This document shows, piece after piece, positions 10,022-19,808 of a stretch of 54,102 nt of DNA. The stretch lies in the NCBI GenBank assembly GCA_016463375.1, contig JAEMRK010000006.1, forward strand, positions 1 to 54,102, written 5' to 3'. A program made the translations under genes and the position numbers. Each line of letters starts with the position of its first letter. The stretch's first letter is position 1. The notes under the pieces were generated by a model. That model made no database searches and was not told the origin of the DNA. It saw nothing but the letters and a program-made list of their open reading frames with translations. This stretch comes from Parachlamydiales bacterium. Lineage in GTDB: Bacteria; Chlamydiota; Chlamydiia; Chlamydiales; JAEMRK01.

Positions 10022-11273
10022 TGGGTTTGCTAATTAATCGTGATCTGCGGCCACCTGTTATAAGCTCATAGATCCATTCTAAGCAAACACCTAATCGGTT
10101 TCTAAAGCCGATTAAAAACAAGATGTGGATAAATCCCCATCCAAGCCAGGCGAGCCAGCCTGATAGTTCAATAGGTCCCATTTTCATAATCGCTTTACCA
10201 GTTGCCACCATAGCCATTGACCCTTTATCTAAATACTTAAAAGCAGGTCTTTTTTCTTTAGGTAGCTGTTTGATAATTAATTTAGCGACATAGCGACCTT
10301 GTTGCATTGCAGCAGGAGCTACAGCTGGTATGGGTTGTCCATTTTTATCTTTTGCACAAGCTGCATCACCTATTACAAAAATTTCTGGGTGATTTGGTAA
10401 TGATAAGTCCGCATCGACAATGACTCGGCCTTGTTTATCCAATTCAGAATTTAATGTTTTTAACAGAGGAGATGCTTGATTGCCGGCAGCCCAAATAACA
10501 TTATGTGTCGGTATAAAAGTATCGCCGATTAACACACCATCTTCAGTGATATCAGTCACTCTTTTACCCGTAATGACATCAACACCGAGCTTTGTGAGAT
10601 CGCGTCTAGCTCTATTGGATAGTTTTTCAGGATAGGTATTTAAAAGATGGGATAAACCTTCAACTAGATAAATTTTTGTTTTGGAAACGTTAATTTTTCT
10701 AAAATCATCTCGCATTGTTTTATGAGCAATTTCAGCAATCGCCCCAGCCATTTCAACACCTGTTGGTCCGCCGCCAATAATGATAAAGTTTAGGTGTTTT
10801 TCAACCTCTTTATCACAAGCACTGCCTTCAGCGCGTTCAAACGACATTAAAATACGTTCACGAATTGTTAATGCGTCATCTAATGTTTTGAGACCTGGTG
10901 CAAATTTTTCCCAGTGAGAATTACCAAAATAACTATGTCGAGCACCAGTTGCAACAATCAAATAATCGTACTGAATTTTGGTGTCATTTTGAAGATGAAT
11001 GCAGTGGTTTTCTTTATCTATTGATACAACATCTCCCATCATGACATAGGTATTGCGGTATTGACTAAGTATTTCTCGTATAGGGGCTGCTATATCAGTT
11101 GGAGATAATGCTGCACTAGCTACTTGATACAACAAAGGTTGGAAAAGATGGTGGTTAGTCTTATCGATTAACACAACCTGACCGACATTTTTTTTACCAA
11201 GTAACTTAGCAGCTTTAAGGCCACCAAAACCGGCACCTATAATAACAATTTTGGGAGATGGCAGATAGGGCAT
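9969..11273 (-). CDS. ndh: Type II NADH dehydrogenase (NDH-2)
   Basis: IIGAGFGG, HLFQPLLYQVA, GGGPTGVEMAG, WAAG, IFVIGD, YLDKGSMA. Confidence 0.92.
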   Translation of the reverse strand: MPYLPSPKIVIIGAGFGGLKAAKLLGKKNVGQVVLIDKTNHHLFQPLLYQVASAALSPTDIAAPIREILSQYRNTYVMMGDVVSIDKENHCIHLQNDTKIQYDYLIVATGARHSYFGNSHWEKFAPGLKTLDDALTIRERILMSFERAEGSACDKEVEKHLNFIIIGGGPTGVEMAGAIAEIAHKTMRDDFRKINVSKTKIYLVEGLSHLLNTYPEKLSNRARRDLTKLGVDVITGKRVTDITEDGVLIGDTFIPTHNVIWAAGNQASPLLKTLNSELDKQGRVIVDADLSLPNHPEIFVIGDAACAKDKNGQPIPAVAPAAMQQGRYVAKLIIKQLPKEKRPAFKYLDKGSMAMVATGKAIMKMGPIELSGWLAWLGWGFIHILFLIGFRNRLGVCLEWIYELITGGRRSRLISKPIEDYEKSHKARLAAIKD

Positions 11274-11486
11274 TTGGCACCTAACTATAGTGTTTTTAAA
11301 GAGTAAAATATATCATTTAATCGAATTCTTTGCACTGTTAAATAATTATTAACTTAAAATTATAATAAAATTGTTTTTAATTCTTATTAAATCATTACTA
11401 ATAATAAGGTGATGCTAAATGTCGTTTTTTTTTGACAGAATTTAAAGAAATTACTTACAAGGAGGTTTAAGTATTGGAAAAAAATT

Positions 11487-12302
11487 ATGAATAATCGTGT
11501 ATCTAATTTTTATAGAGAAGCTGAAGGTGGTGGTCCAGTAAATGGAAACTTCCATCAAGTCATTGCTCTGCAAGATTCGACTGATTTAGATTGGCTTGAC
11601 ATCTCTTTAAAAGTTCCAGACTTACCACGAGGGTGGTATGAATTGTCGCGTTTACCGCAACAATACCGTATTGAATTTACAAGGGATTATTGGTTAAGCA
11701 AACTTCCATACCATACCCGCTTACATTCATTTTTGCCTCTTTTCTTCGCTAATTTAGAAGATGTTGGCATTTATGTGACTCAGCAAGTTTTTGATGGTCC
11801 ATATCAAGTTCATATGGTCTATTCTCTGCAAGAAGAAAGAGGATTTTTCTCTGGTGGCCCACCTTGTGATGATGAAGATATCACTCGATTAAGTGCCCAA
11901 TTTAGTGAGTGTTTACTTCCCACTGATTATTTAGCTTTCTTGCAAATACACGATGGCTTTTCAAAATCAACTGATACTGGTTTAATTACATGCTCTATGT
12001 TAAGAAGTAACTACGAGCAACTACAAAATTTTTTGGATAAACAAGATCCTCTATTTACTGTCGAAGGAGATATTGTGAATCCAAAAAAATTACTGCCATT
12101 TTACGAATCATTTGGATTACATTGTTACCAATGCTTTTTTGGAGACTGGTATCCAGAACAAGAAATGGGAAATGTTTATTATTCAGGTATTGAACATTCC
12201 ATTTCTGATTTTCAAAGCCGTGAGGCTTGGACAGAGAATTTAGCATTTCCCACTTTTTTGGATTGGATTTTATTCTATCTAAAAGGTGTAGAAGAGATTT
12301 AA
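11487..12302 (+). CDS. SMI1/KNR4-domain protein (conserved chlamydial hypothetical)
   Basis: LPTDYLAFLQIHDGF is the SMI1/KNR4 LPxDYxxFL..xDG signature; position between comEC and ptsH matches chlamydial synteny. Confidence 0.8.
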   Translation: MNNRVSNFYREAEGGGPVNGNFHQVIALQDSTDLDWLDISLKVPDLPRGWYELSRLPQQYRIEFTRDYWLSKLPYHTRLHSFLPLFFANLEDVGIYVTQQVFDGPYQVHMVYSLQEERGFFSGGPPCDDEDITRLSAQFSECLLPTDYLAFLQIHDGFSKSTDTGLITCSMLRSNYEQLQNFLDKQDPLFTVEGDIVNPKKLLPFYESFGLHCYQCFFGDWYPEQEMGNVYYSGIEHSISDFQSREAWTENLAFPTFLDWILFYLKGVEEI

Positions 12303-12356
12303 AAATAAACGACGCATGATTGACCTAATTTTAGTTAGGTTCACAAAAGACTTAAA

Positions 12357-13298
12357 ATGTATCTTGTTGCAGATTTGTTTCAACAACATGGTCAATCTCT
12401 AGGCCTAGAGTTGGTCACTTCATCAAAAGGCCTCAAACGACGTATCGGTATACCCGAGGCGAATCGTCCCGGTCTTGGTCTTGCAGGATATCTTAAAGGG
12501 CATGCAAGAAGACGTATTCTCGTTTTCGGTAAAGTTGAAATCGAATATCTTAATCATCTATCACCTAATGTGCGTATCAAACGTTTAGATGAATTACTTT
12601 CATCGTTAACACCTGCCGTTATTGTTGCTAGACGGTTTCGTCCACCCAAAGAGCTCGTTGCTATTTGTGATAAAAAAAATATTGCTCTTTTTAGAGCTAA
12701 ACCTGCAACTATGGAGCTCTTAAGCAAACTCACTGTGTTGTTGACTGAAGAATTTGCTCCAAGTGCAAGTTTTCACGGTACTTTGGTTGAAGTCTATGGA
12801 GTCGGTGTTCTTATTAAAGGTGAATCAGCAGTGGGTAAAAGCGAAGCGGCACTGGGATTGATTGAAAGAGGACATAGATTAATTTCTGATGATATTGTTC
12901 GGGTCAAAAAAAGAGAAGGTAGTTACTTAGAGGGCTTTGGCCCAGAATTAGCGCGTCACCATATGGAAATACGCGGTATTGGCATTATCAATGTAGCCAA
13001 TTTATATGGTGCAGTGTGTATCCGCGAAAAAAAAAGTTTAGATATCGTTGTAAAACTCGAGGTGTGGGATGACCAAAATTTTTACGATAGAGTGGGATTA
13101 GAGGAAAACAATTGCGACATCTTAGGTATTATGGTTCCTTACCACATTCTTCCCGTAAAACCTGGAAGAGATGTTGTCTTGTTATTAGAAACAATTGCGT
13201 TAAATCATCGTTTAAAAGCGATGGGATATCACTCGGCTAAAGAATTTAGCGCAAAACTTCTAGAAAATCTTTCTCGAAAACAGAAAAAAAGGCGATAA
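12357..13298 (+). CDS. hprK: HPr(Ser) kinase/phosphorylase
   Basis: NRPGL, HGTLVEVYGVGVLI, Walker A GESAVGKSE, GHRLISDD, MEIRGIGII, PVKPGR. Confidence 0.96.
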   Translation: MYLVADLFQQHGQSLGLELVTSSKGLKRRIGIPEANRPGLGLAGYLKGHARRRILVFGKVEIEYLNHLSPNVRIKRLDELLSSLTPAVIVARRFRPPKELVAICDKKNIALFRAKPATMELLSKLTVLLTEEFAPSASFHGTLVEVYGVGVLIKGESAVGKSEAALGLIERGHRLISDDIVRVKKREGSYLEGFGPELARHHMEIRGIGIINVANLYGAVCIREKKSLDIVVKLEVWDDQNFYDRVGLEENNCDILGIMVPYHILPVKPGRDVVLLLETIALNHRLKAMGYHSAKEFSAKLLENLSRKQKKRR

Positions 13299-13301
13299 TT
13301 T

Positions 13302-13568
13302 GTGAAACAATCTAAGCAAGTGCGTGTAAAAAATATTTTGGGCTTGCATACGCGCCCAGCAACTGTCATTGTGCGTCTCTTAAAAAATTGCAAAAGCGAT
13401 GTGTGGTTTACTTATAAACGAGAAACAATCAATGCTAAAAGCATAATGAGTATTTTGATGCTCGGAATTAAACGCAATGCGAAGTTAACTATCACTGTGG
13501 AAGGTGAGGATGCGGGAAACACGATGACTTCTCTTTTGCATGCTTTTGATAATCAGTTTGGAGAATAA
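13302..13568 (+). CDS. ptsH: Phosphocarrier protein HPr
   Basis: GLHTRPA (His15) and NAKSIMS (Ser46) motifs. Confidence 0.96.
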   Translation: MKQSKQVRVKNILGLHTRPATVIVRLLKNCKSDVWFTYKRETINAKSIMSILMLGIKRNAKLTITVEGEDAGNTMTSLLHAFDNQFGE

Positions 13569-13573
13569 GCCAT

Positions 13574-15355
13574 ATGGCTGGCAGGTCCAAAGAAATACGT
13601 TTAAAGGGATCGCCGATTTGCGCGGGTATTGCTATTGGCAAGCCCTATCTTTTCAGTTTCACGCAAGAAAATGTTCCAGAATTTTCTATTGCCTCTGAAG
13701 AAGTCGAAGAAGAGATTAGTCGTTATCGCAGAGCTCTACTTCGCAGCAAAAACGAAGTGCAACAATTGAAAAAACAACTAGAATACGAGGGGGCTTGGGA
13801 AGGTGCTGCTATTTTAGATTCTCATTTGCAAATCATGCAAGATCCCTCAATGACTACGAAAATTGAGCAAGAAATTCGATTAACACTCAAAAATACCGAA
13901 TCGATATTTCAAGCTGCAATAAAAGCTTATGAGCTAAAATTTAAAAAAATTACCGATAAAGTTTTTCGAGAACGTTTAATTGATATTCATGATATTGCAA
14001 GGCGCATATTACGCTACTTGCGCGAATCTGTGCATATTACATTAGCAGATGTACCTAGTAATTCTGTTGTTTTTGCTCATGAATTAGCACCATCCGATAC
14101 TGCCGAAGCTAATCGTCAAAGCATTGAAGCATTTGTCACGCAAAATGGCGGGGAAACCTCTCATGCTGCAATAATGGCAAAAGCCAAGGGCATACCCTTT
14201 GTAGCCAGTGTCAATTTCCCTGTATTAGATAGTGTTAAGTGTAACTGTGTGATTGTTGACGGATGTCGCGGTGATGTCATTTTAAATCCTACAAAAAGCA
14301 CTCTTTTAAAATACAAACAACTCAGAGAACAGTTAATCACTCAATTTGATACATTAGCTCAAACTGGTAATCTTGAAGCAGAAACTATTGACGGTTATAA
14401 AGTACGACTCTCAGCAAACGTTGAAATGTTTAATGAACTTGATATGCTTCACGAGTACGGAGGAAATGGCATTGGGTTATTTAGATCGGAGTACCTTTTT
14501 TTAACTCAAGATTCTTTTCCATCAGAAGAAGAGCAATACCATGTGTATTGCCGCATGGTTGAAAATATGCGGGGTTTACCCGTTGTTATTCGTACTTTTG
14601 ACATTGGTGGTGATAAGTTCGGTAAGTTGCAAAGGACAAGAGGTGAAGACAACCCTTTTTTAGGATGCAGAGCCATTCGCTTGATGCTTAAAGAAAGAGA
14701 AACTTTCAAAAGTCAACTACGCGCCATCGTCAGAGCGAGTGCCCATGGTGATGTTAGTATTTTATTTCCCATGGTTTCTGGTTTACCAGAACTCATGGAG
14801 GCTAAAAGTGTTTTGAAAGAGGTACAAGAAGAATTGAGACGAAATGATTTTGTCATGGCAGATAAACTCAAAGTAGGTTGCATGATTGAAGTACCATCTG
14901 CTGCTATAACATGCGATGCCTTAGCAAAAGAATGTGATTTTTTATCAATCGGTACAAATGACTTAGTGGGTTACTCATTGGCCGTTGACCGTGGCAACCC
15001 AGCTATGAGCTATTTATACAGCCCTACTCATCCCAGTGTCATTCGTCTCATTAAAATGATTGTTGTAGAAGGAAATCGCAACGGAATACCAGTTACAGTT
15101 TGTGGTGAAGTCGCCGCAGACCCGCGTTACACGTCTCTTTTATTAGGTCTGGGTGTTCATGAACTATCCGTTGCCTCTCGATATTTACCGCTTGTTAAAC
15201 AAGCTATTCGATACACGTCCATTGTTGATGCAAGTCAACTTGCTGAAGACATTTTAGCAATGGCGACCGCTCAAGAAATTCAAGAGGCTCTAATGCGAAA
15301 GTATGAGGAACAGCCATCTTCTTTACATGCCTTGGCTCGCAAAGGCAACTACTAA
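13574..15355 (+). CDS. ptsI: PEP-protein phosphotransferase (PTS enzyme I)
   Basis: GGETSHAAIMA, GIGLFRSE, RTFDIGGDK, NPFLGCRAIR, MIEVP, SIGTNDL, CGE. Confidence 0.97.
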   Translation: MAGRSKEIRLKGSPICAGIAIGKPYLFSFTQENVPEFSIASEEVEEEISRYRRALLRSKNEVQQLKKQLEYEGAWEGAAILDSHLQIMQDPSMTTKIEQEIRLTLKNTESIFQAAIKAYELKFKKITDKVFRERLIDIHDIARRILRYLRESVHITLADVPSNSVVFAHELAPSDTAEANRQSIEAFVTQNGGETSHAAIMAKAKGIPFVASVNFPVLDSVKCNCVIVDGCRGDVILNPTKSTLLKYKQLREQLITQFDTLAQTGNLEAETIDGYKVRLSANVEMFNELDMLHEYGGNGIGLFRSEYLFLTQDSFPSEEEQYHVYCRMVENMRGLPVVIRTFDIGGDKFGKLQRTRGEDNPFLGCRAIRLMLKERETFKSQLRAIVRASAHGDVSILFPMVSGLPELMEAKSVLKEVQEELRRNDFVMADKLKVGCMIEVPSAAITCDALAKECDFLSIGTNDLVGYSLAVDRGNPAMSYLYSPTHPSVIRLIKMIVVEGNRNGIPVTVCGEVAADPRYTSLLLGLGVHELSVASRYLPLVKQAIRYTSIVDASQLAEDILAMATAQEIQEALMRKYEEQPSSLHALARKGNY

Positions 15356-15375
15356 ACTCTCAACCGGTACCTTTC

Positions 15376-15618
15376 ATGGAAAGTCCTTATTTAATCACTC
15401 CAACATCAAAATTAAATTGGAAAATTACATATAATAATGGCAGAGAAGCTAAAATTATTAATGATAAAGCTTTTGTTTTTGATTCAATAGACGAACTGCA
15501 GCAAAAAAGTGATTTTGAGCAGTACGCCATATATAAAAAAGAAATAGAATATGAAATTTGGTACAAAGATCGAAATGGAATTTTAATGCGCAAAGATTTT
15601 GCAACAATTAAAAGCTAA
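15376..15618 (+). CDS. Small hypothetical protein
   Basis: 80-aa ORF exactly filling the gap between ptsI and the convergent ybaB; plausible composition; no motif. Confidence 0.5.
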   Translation: MESPYLITPTSKLNWKITYNNGREAKIINDKAFVFDSIDELQQKSDFEQYAIYKKEIEYEIWYKDRNGILMRKDFATIKS

Positions 15619-15928
15619 GGCCTGGAATATTCATCCCGCCAAGGTTTGGCATATCCATGTTCATGGGTGAGCTTTCTTTAAGTTTGCCCATGGCATCATT
15701 AAGTGCAGCTTTAACTAAATCTTCAAGGCCCTCAACGTCGTCTTTGTCAACACACTCTTCTTTAATTTTAACTTTAAGTATATCGTAATCACCGTTGATT
15801 GTGATTTGGACTAATTCGTTAGGTGCATTACCGATTACTTCGGTATTTTTTAATGTGTCCTGCATTTTGCTAAATTGTTCTTGCAACATGCGTGCTTGTT
15901 TTTTCTTTTTGGCAAATCCGCTGCCCAT
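15608..15928 (-). CDS. ybaB: YbaB/EbfC nucleoid-associated protein
   Basis: Chlamydial-type MGSGFAKKKKQA start, DDVEGLEDLVKAA motif, directly downstream of dnaX; SD AGGAG. Confidence 0.93.
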   Translation of the reverse strand: MGSGFAKKKKQARMLQEQFSKMQDTLKNTEVIGNAPNELVQITINGDYDILKVKIKEECVDKDDVEGLEDLVKAALNDAMGKLKESSPMNMDMPNLGGMNIPGLSF

Positions 15929-15937
15929 AATAGTCTC

Positions 15938-17449
15938 CTAACGATTTTTTGGATTTTTGACTGTTCCTTCTAATTCAACAGCTGCAAAACGCATTAATGT
16001 GTCGTAATGGCTCGGGTGATGATTTGCAGCTTGAGTATCAGCTGATTTTTTAACCGCTGATCCTTTTGTAGTTTTTGTAATAGGCTTTACGGTCGGTTTT
16101 GGAATGCTTACAGGTGGCGGGGGAGGAGGAGGTAATGTCGGTGGCATCGGCGTTGGATCTTGGGCTGCCGTCTGTTTTACTATCGGCCTATTTTCTACCA
16201 CATCAGCAATTGTTTGCGTAGCCTCATTTAAAGTGGTATTAAGTAACACTTCAGGTTTTTTTGCTCGATATGGTGTATCATTAGTTGGTGTCTCTAAGAG
16301 GCGTTTTTCTAGCTCTAAAAGTTTTTCCACCAAAACTTCAATACTCAGTTTTTTATGACTACTGATTAGCCTTAAAAGCAACGCTTCTAATGACGTTTGT
16401 TTAACCACTTTCATATCTTGCTGTGCAAGAACTAATGTATCGATCAATGCAATGCATTGATCTCTCGTGAAATTTTTTGCCATTTGATCCAAATTTTGAA
16501 CAAAATTTGGATCAAGATGCATAACATGAGGACCTTTGGGTCCTGCTAATTGTATTAAGAGAAGATAGCGATAGTGTTCGATTAAATTTTCGATAAAATG
16601 GACGATGTCTTTTCCACAACTGACAACTTGATGCGATAACTCAAATGCAAAAGCTTGATTATTTTGGCAGATGGCTTCGTCTAAAGCAAAAAAAGATTCA
16701 TTGGGCATCAGTCCCAACATTTCAACAACGTGGGATTCTTTTACTTCTTGATCGCTGTAAGCTAAAAGTTGATCAAATAGTGATTCTGCATCACGTAAAC
16801 TACCATCTGCAGCTTTAGACACTTTACGCAGCGCCTCTAATTCCACTGTAACTTTTTGATCAGTCGCTATAGTCATTAATTTTTTTTGAATAAGCTCTTC
16901 TGACAGACGTTGTAAATTAAATCTTTGGCAACGACTTAAGATAGTTGCAGGCACTTTATGAGGTTCTGTTGTGGCAAAAAAGAAAACAACGTTCTTCGGA
17001 GGCTCTTCTAAAGTTTTTAATAAGGCATTAAATGCTTCTTTTGTGAGCATATGCACTTCATCTATCAAATAAATTTTATAGCTAGCTGAAGTCGATGGTG
17101 CATATCCCACTGTTTCATTAAGTTGTCTGATGTCGTCGATGCCTCGATTAGAGGCCCCGTCGATTTCTAAGAAGTCGAGCGAGGCTCCTTGCATGATTTC
17201 AAGACAAGAGCAACAGCTATTACAGGGCTCTGTATCCTCATTTAAGTTTTTGCAATTAAGAGCTTTGCTAAAAAGACGAGCTAGCGTAGTTTTTCCAGTA
17301 CCCCTTGTTCCGCAAAATAAATAGGCATGGGCAACACGGCTCATTTTAATCGCATTTTTTAATGTGGCCACCAAACTTTCTTGTCCAATGACATCACTAA
17401 ATCGTTGGGGGCGGTATTTTCTAGATAATACTTGATATTTCATAGCCAA
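15938..17449 (-). CDS. dnaX: DNA polymerase III subunit gamma/tau
   Basis: RKYRP, Walker A GTRGTGKTT, Zn cluster PCNSCCSC, EIDGASNRG, IDEVHML, SRCQ; Pro-rich linker. Alternative ATG start at 17443. Confidence 0.97.
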   Translation of the reverse strand: MAMKYQVLSRKYRPQRFSDVIGQESLVATLKNAIKMSRVAHAYLFCGTRGTGKTTLARLFSKALNCKNLNEDTEPCNSCCSCLEIMQGASLDFLEIDGASNRGIDDIRQLNETVGYAPSTSASYKIYLIDEVHMLTKEAFNALLKTLEEPPKNVVFFFATTEPHKVPATILSRCQRFNLQRLSEELIQKKLMTIATDQKVTVELEALRKVSKAADGSLRDAESLFDQLLAYSDQEVKESHVVEMLGLMPNESFFALDEAICQNNQAFAFELSHQVVSCGKDIVHFIENLIEHYRYLLLIQLAGPKGPHVMHLDPNFVQNLDQMAKNFTRDQCIALIDTLVLAQQDMKVVKQTSLEALLLRLISSHKKLSIEVLVEKLLELEKRLLETPTNDTPYRAKKPEVLLNTTLNEATQTIADVVENRPIVKQTAAQDPTPMPPTLPPPPPPPVSIPKPTVKPITKTTKGSAVKKSADTQAANHHPSHYDTLMRFAAVELEGTVKNPKNR

Positions 17450-17559
17450 AAAATGGGGGGTGTAGGAATAGCAAAGTATACTATGAATCTCTTTTTAAAA
17501 AAAGTGAGCTGCACAAATTAAGCCAATCACTGTAAAATAGATAACTAATGGTGGGTTTG

Positions 17560-17565
17560 TATAAT
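17560..17565 (+). promoter_or_regulatory. Perfect -10 box upstream of the HD phosphohydrolase gene
   Basis: TATAAT about 80 nt before the ATG; -35 match is weak. Confidence 0.35.
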
Positions 17566-17642
17566 AACTGACTTAGGAAAGGTTTTTCTAATGAAGTCAT
17601 TAGGTATTACGCATTTTTTAAATAGACGGCAGGAGTAACTGC

Positions 17643-19808
17643 ATGGGAGATTATTCTCCAGGTAATGACCCTTCTTCTACTGAAGAAGAATTTAAAGAGC
17701 TAGGGGGCGTAGCAGAACAAGGCTATTTTGACAAAAGCCTTAGTATCCGTTGCTTAATAGCCATTTTTTTAGGTTTAAGTATTTTTCTTTTTTTTCATTT
17801 TCGCGAAGCACGCGTCGCTGTTTTGGAAATTAATGGGCAAGCAGCATCGTATGTTGTGACGCCTGTCGATTTCCAATTCTTAGATGAAGAAGCGACATTG
17901 ATACAAAAACAAGATGCTGTTCGCGGCATCGGAAAAATTTTTAGATTCGATGAAAATGATGTTAACAATCGCGGTGATGCTTTTGAAAAATATTTAGTGA
18001 CGGATCTTAGTTGGGATAAATTTTCTCCTAGTACCACTCTTGAAGAGATGTATTATGCAGTGAATTTATTTGAAGATGTTTTAATTCAGAGTCGCTACAC
18101 GGACGCTAGGACTCTTCAAAAAATTAAAGAGTTGCAACAGCCTACAAATATCTATCATTTATTTATTCCACCCAAAGATTCAACCAATCCAATTGATGTT
18201 CCTAACGCCTTGTGGAATATACTTAGCGATCAAGCCTTTTCAAACCATAATATTCATAAAACAACTGCTACATTAATTATCGATTACTTCAAGCAAGTGC
18301 CATGGAAGTTCAATGAAGATATATCGACTGAGAAAATGCTGCAAAAAAAAGCGCAAAATCTAGTTGCCGATAAATACACACAAGTCAGTTCTGGTTCGAG
18401 GATTATTGAACAAGGTCAAAAAATTACTGGCCGCCATATCTCTATGGTCGAATCGATGCGCAAAGCACTCAACGATAGTCGCGAATTGTGGCGACTCTCA
18501 ACACTTGCTGGCAGTATTATAATAGCTGGAATGATTGTCTTACTAGGTGGATTTTACTTAAGGCTAAATCACGCAGATATTTTTTATTCGAACCGCAAAT
18601 TGTTTTTGTATGCAACAATTGTTGTATTGACGTTGCTACTTGCCAAGGCAACAGAATTTTTCTTACTTCAAGGTACGTCTCGACTAATTGCATTATATCG
18701 GTACCCACTTTTTGCGCCCTTTGCAGCTATTTTAATATGCAGTCTGCTTAATGCACGCATGGCCATTTTTACAAGCGCCTGTTTATCGATTATTTTGAGT
18801 ATCACTTTGGCAGTCGATCAAGGAGCCTTTTTGATTGTCAACTTGTTGACGTCAATGGTGGCTATTTTAACAGCCAAAGCTATACATAAGCGCAAGGCTG
18901 TTTTTTTAATCTGCTTAAATAGTTGGCTATGTAGCATACCTCTTGTTTTTGGATTTGATTTATATGATGTCAGAAGTCCTTTTGCAACGATGCTTACGGA
19001 TATATTCAGTACATTCTTATTCATGACATTCACAGGTATTTTAATCGTTGGTATCTTGCCTCTATTAGAATCTATATTCCATGTGATGACTGATATCACT
19101 TTGATGGAATTTATGGACCCTTCCAATGAGTTGCTTAGGCGGCTAACCATAGAAGCTCCTGGCACTTACCAACATTCAATTGTGGTCGGAAATCTTGCGG
19201 AATATGCAGCAAGAGCCATAGGTGCTAATGGGCTATTTTGTAGAGTCGCTACACAGTATCATGACGTGGGCAAGCTGATTGCTCCGCAGTATTTTACGGA
19301 AAATCAGCAAAGCGGTGTTAATATGCATCAATTATTAACCCCACACGAATCAGCTCAAGTCATTATTTCCCATGTCAGCGAAGGTGTCGGGATGGCCCGC
19401 AAAGCGGGCCTGCCAGAACAATTTATAGATATCATCAAAGAACATCATGGAACGACCCTTGTCTATTACTTCTTCCATAAACAAAGAGAACTTGTTAATG
19501 GCGATGTCTCACTTATCGAAGAAAAAGATTTTAGATATTCAGGACCAAAGCCTCATTCAAAAGAGTCAGCAATTATTATGATTGCGGATACATTAGAAGC
19601 GGCATCGCGCTCTTTAGATGAATTTACAGAAGAAAATGTGACAAGATTAGTCGATAGGTTGATTGCAGAAAAAGCAGATGATGGACAATTCGATGAGTGT
19701 CAGCTTACTTTTATTGAATTGGGAATTGTTAAAAAAACGATGATTAAAATATTAGTAACAGCTGGACATTCACGCGTTAAATATCCGCCCAAGCTGAAGC
19801 ACTCATGA
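17643..19808 (+). CDS. Membrane 7TM-HD phosphohydrolase, PgpH/YqfF-like (candidate cyclic di-AMP phosphodiesterase)
   Basis: N-terminal TM, extracytoplasmic domain, about 7 TMs, then HD domain: EAPGTYQHS, YHDVGK, YFTENQ, EHHGTT, FRYSGPKP, MIADTLEAASRS. Confidence 0.9.
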   Translation: MGDYSPGNDPSSTEEEFKELGGVAEQGYFDKSLSIRCLIAIFLGLSIFLFFHFREARVAVLEINGQAASYVVTPVDFQFLDEEATLIQKQDAVRGIGKIFRFDENDVNNRGDAFEKYLVTDLSWDKFSPSTTLEEMYYAVNLFEDVLIQSRYTDARTLQKIKELQQPTNIYHLFIPPKDSTNPIDVPNALWNILSDQAFSNHNIHKTTATLIIDYFKQVPWKFNEDISTEKMLQKKAQNLVADKYTQVSSGSRIIEQGQKITGRHISMVESMRKALNDSRELWRLSTLAGSIIIAGMIVLLGGFYLRLNHADIFYSNRKLFLYATIVVLTLLLAKATEFFLLQGTSRLIALYRYPLFAPFAAILICSLLNARMAIFTSACLSIILSITLAVDQGAFLIVNLLTSMVAILTAKAIHKRKAVFLICLNSWLCSIPLVFGFDLYDVRSPFATMLTDIFSTFLFMTFTGILIVGILPLLESIFHVMTDITLMEFMDPSNELLRRLTIEAPGTYQHSIVVGNLAEYAARAIGANGLFCRVATQYHDVGKLIAPQYFTENQQSGVNMHQLLTPHESAQVIISHVSEGVGMARKAGLPEQFIDIIKEHHGTTLVYYFFHKQRELVNGDVSLIEEKDFRYSGPKPHSKESAIIMIADTLEAASRSLDEFTEENVTRLVDRLIAEKADDGQFDECQLTFIELGIVKKTMIKILVTAGHSRVKYPPKLKHS

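Noticed and set aside
12323-12340. ACCTAA-N6-TTAGGT inverted repeat upstream of hprK
   Set aside because: Short, AT-rich, no U-tract; not distinguishable from chance.
17450-17642. Possible SRP RNA (ffs) or c-di-AMP riboswitch upstream of dnaX / the HD gene
   Set aside because: No SRP domain IV GC-rich stem and no ydaO consensus visible; the region is AT-rich promoter DNA.
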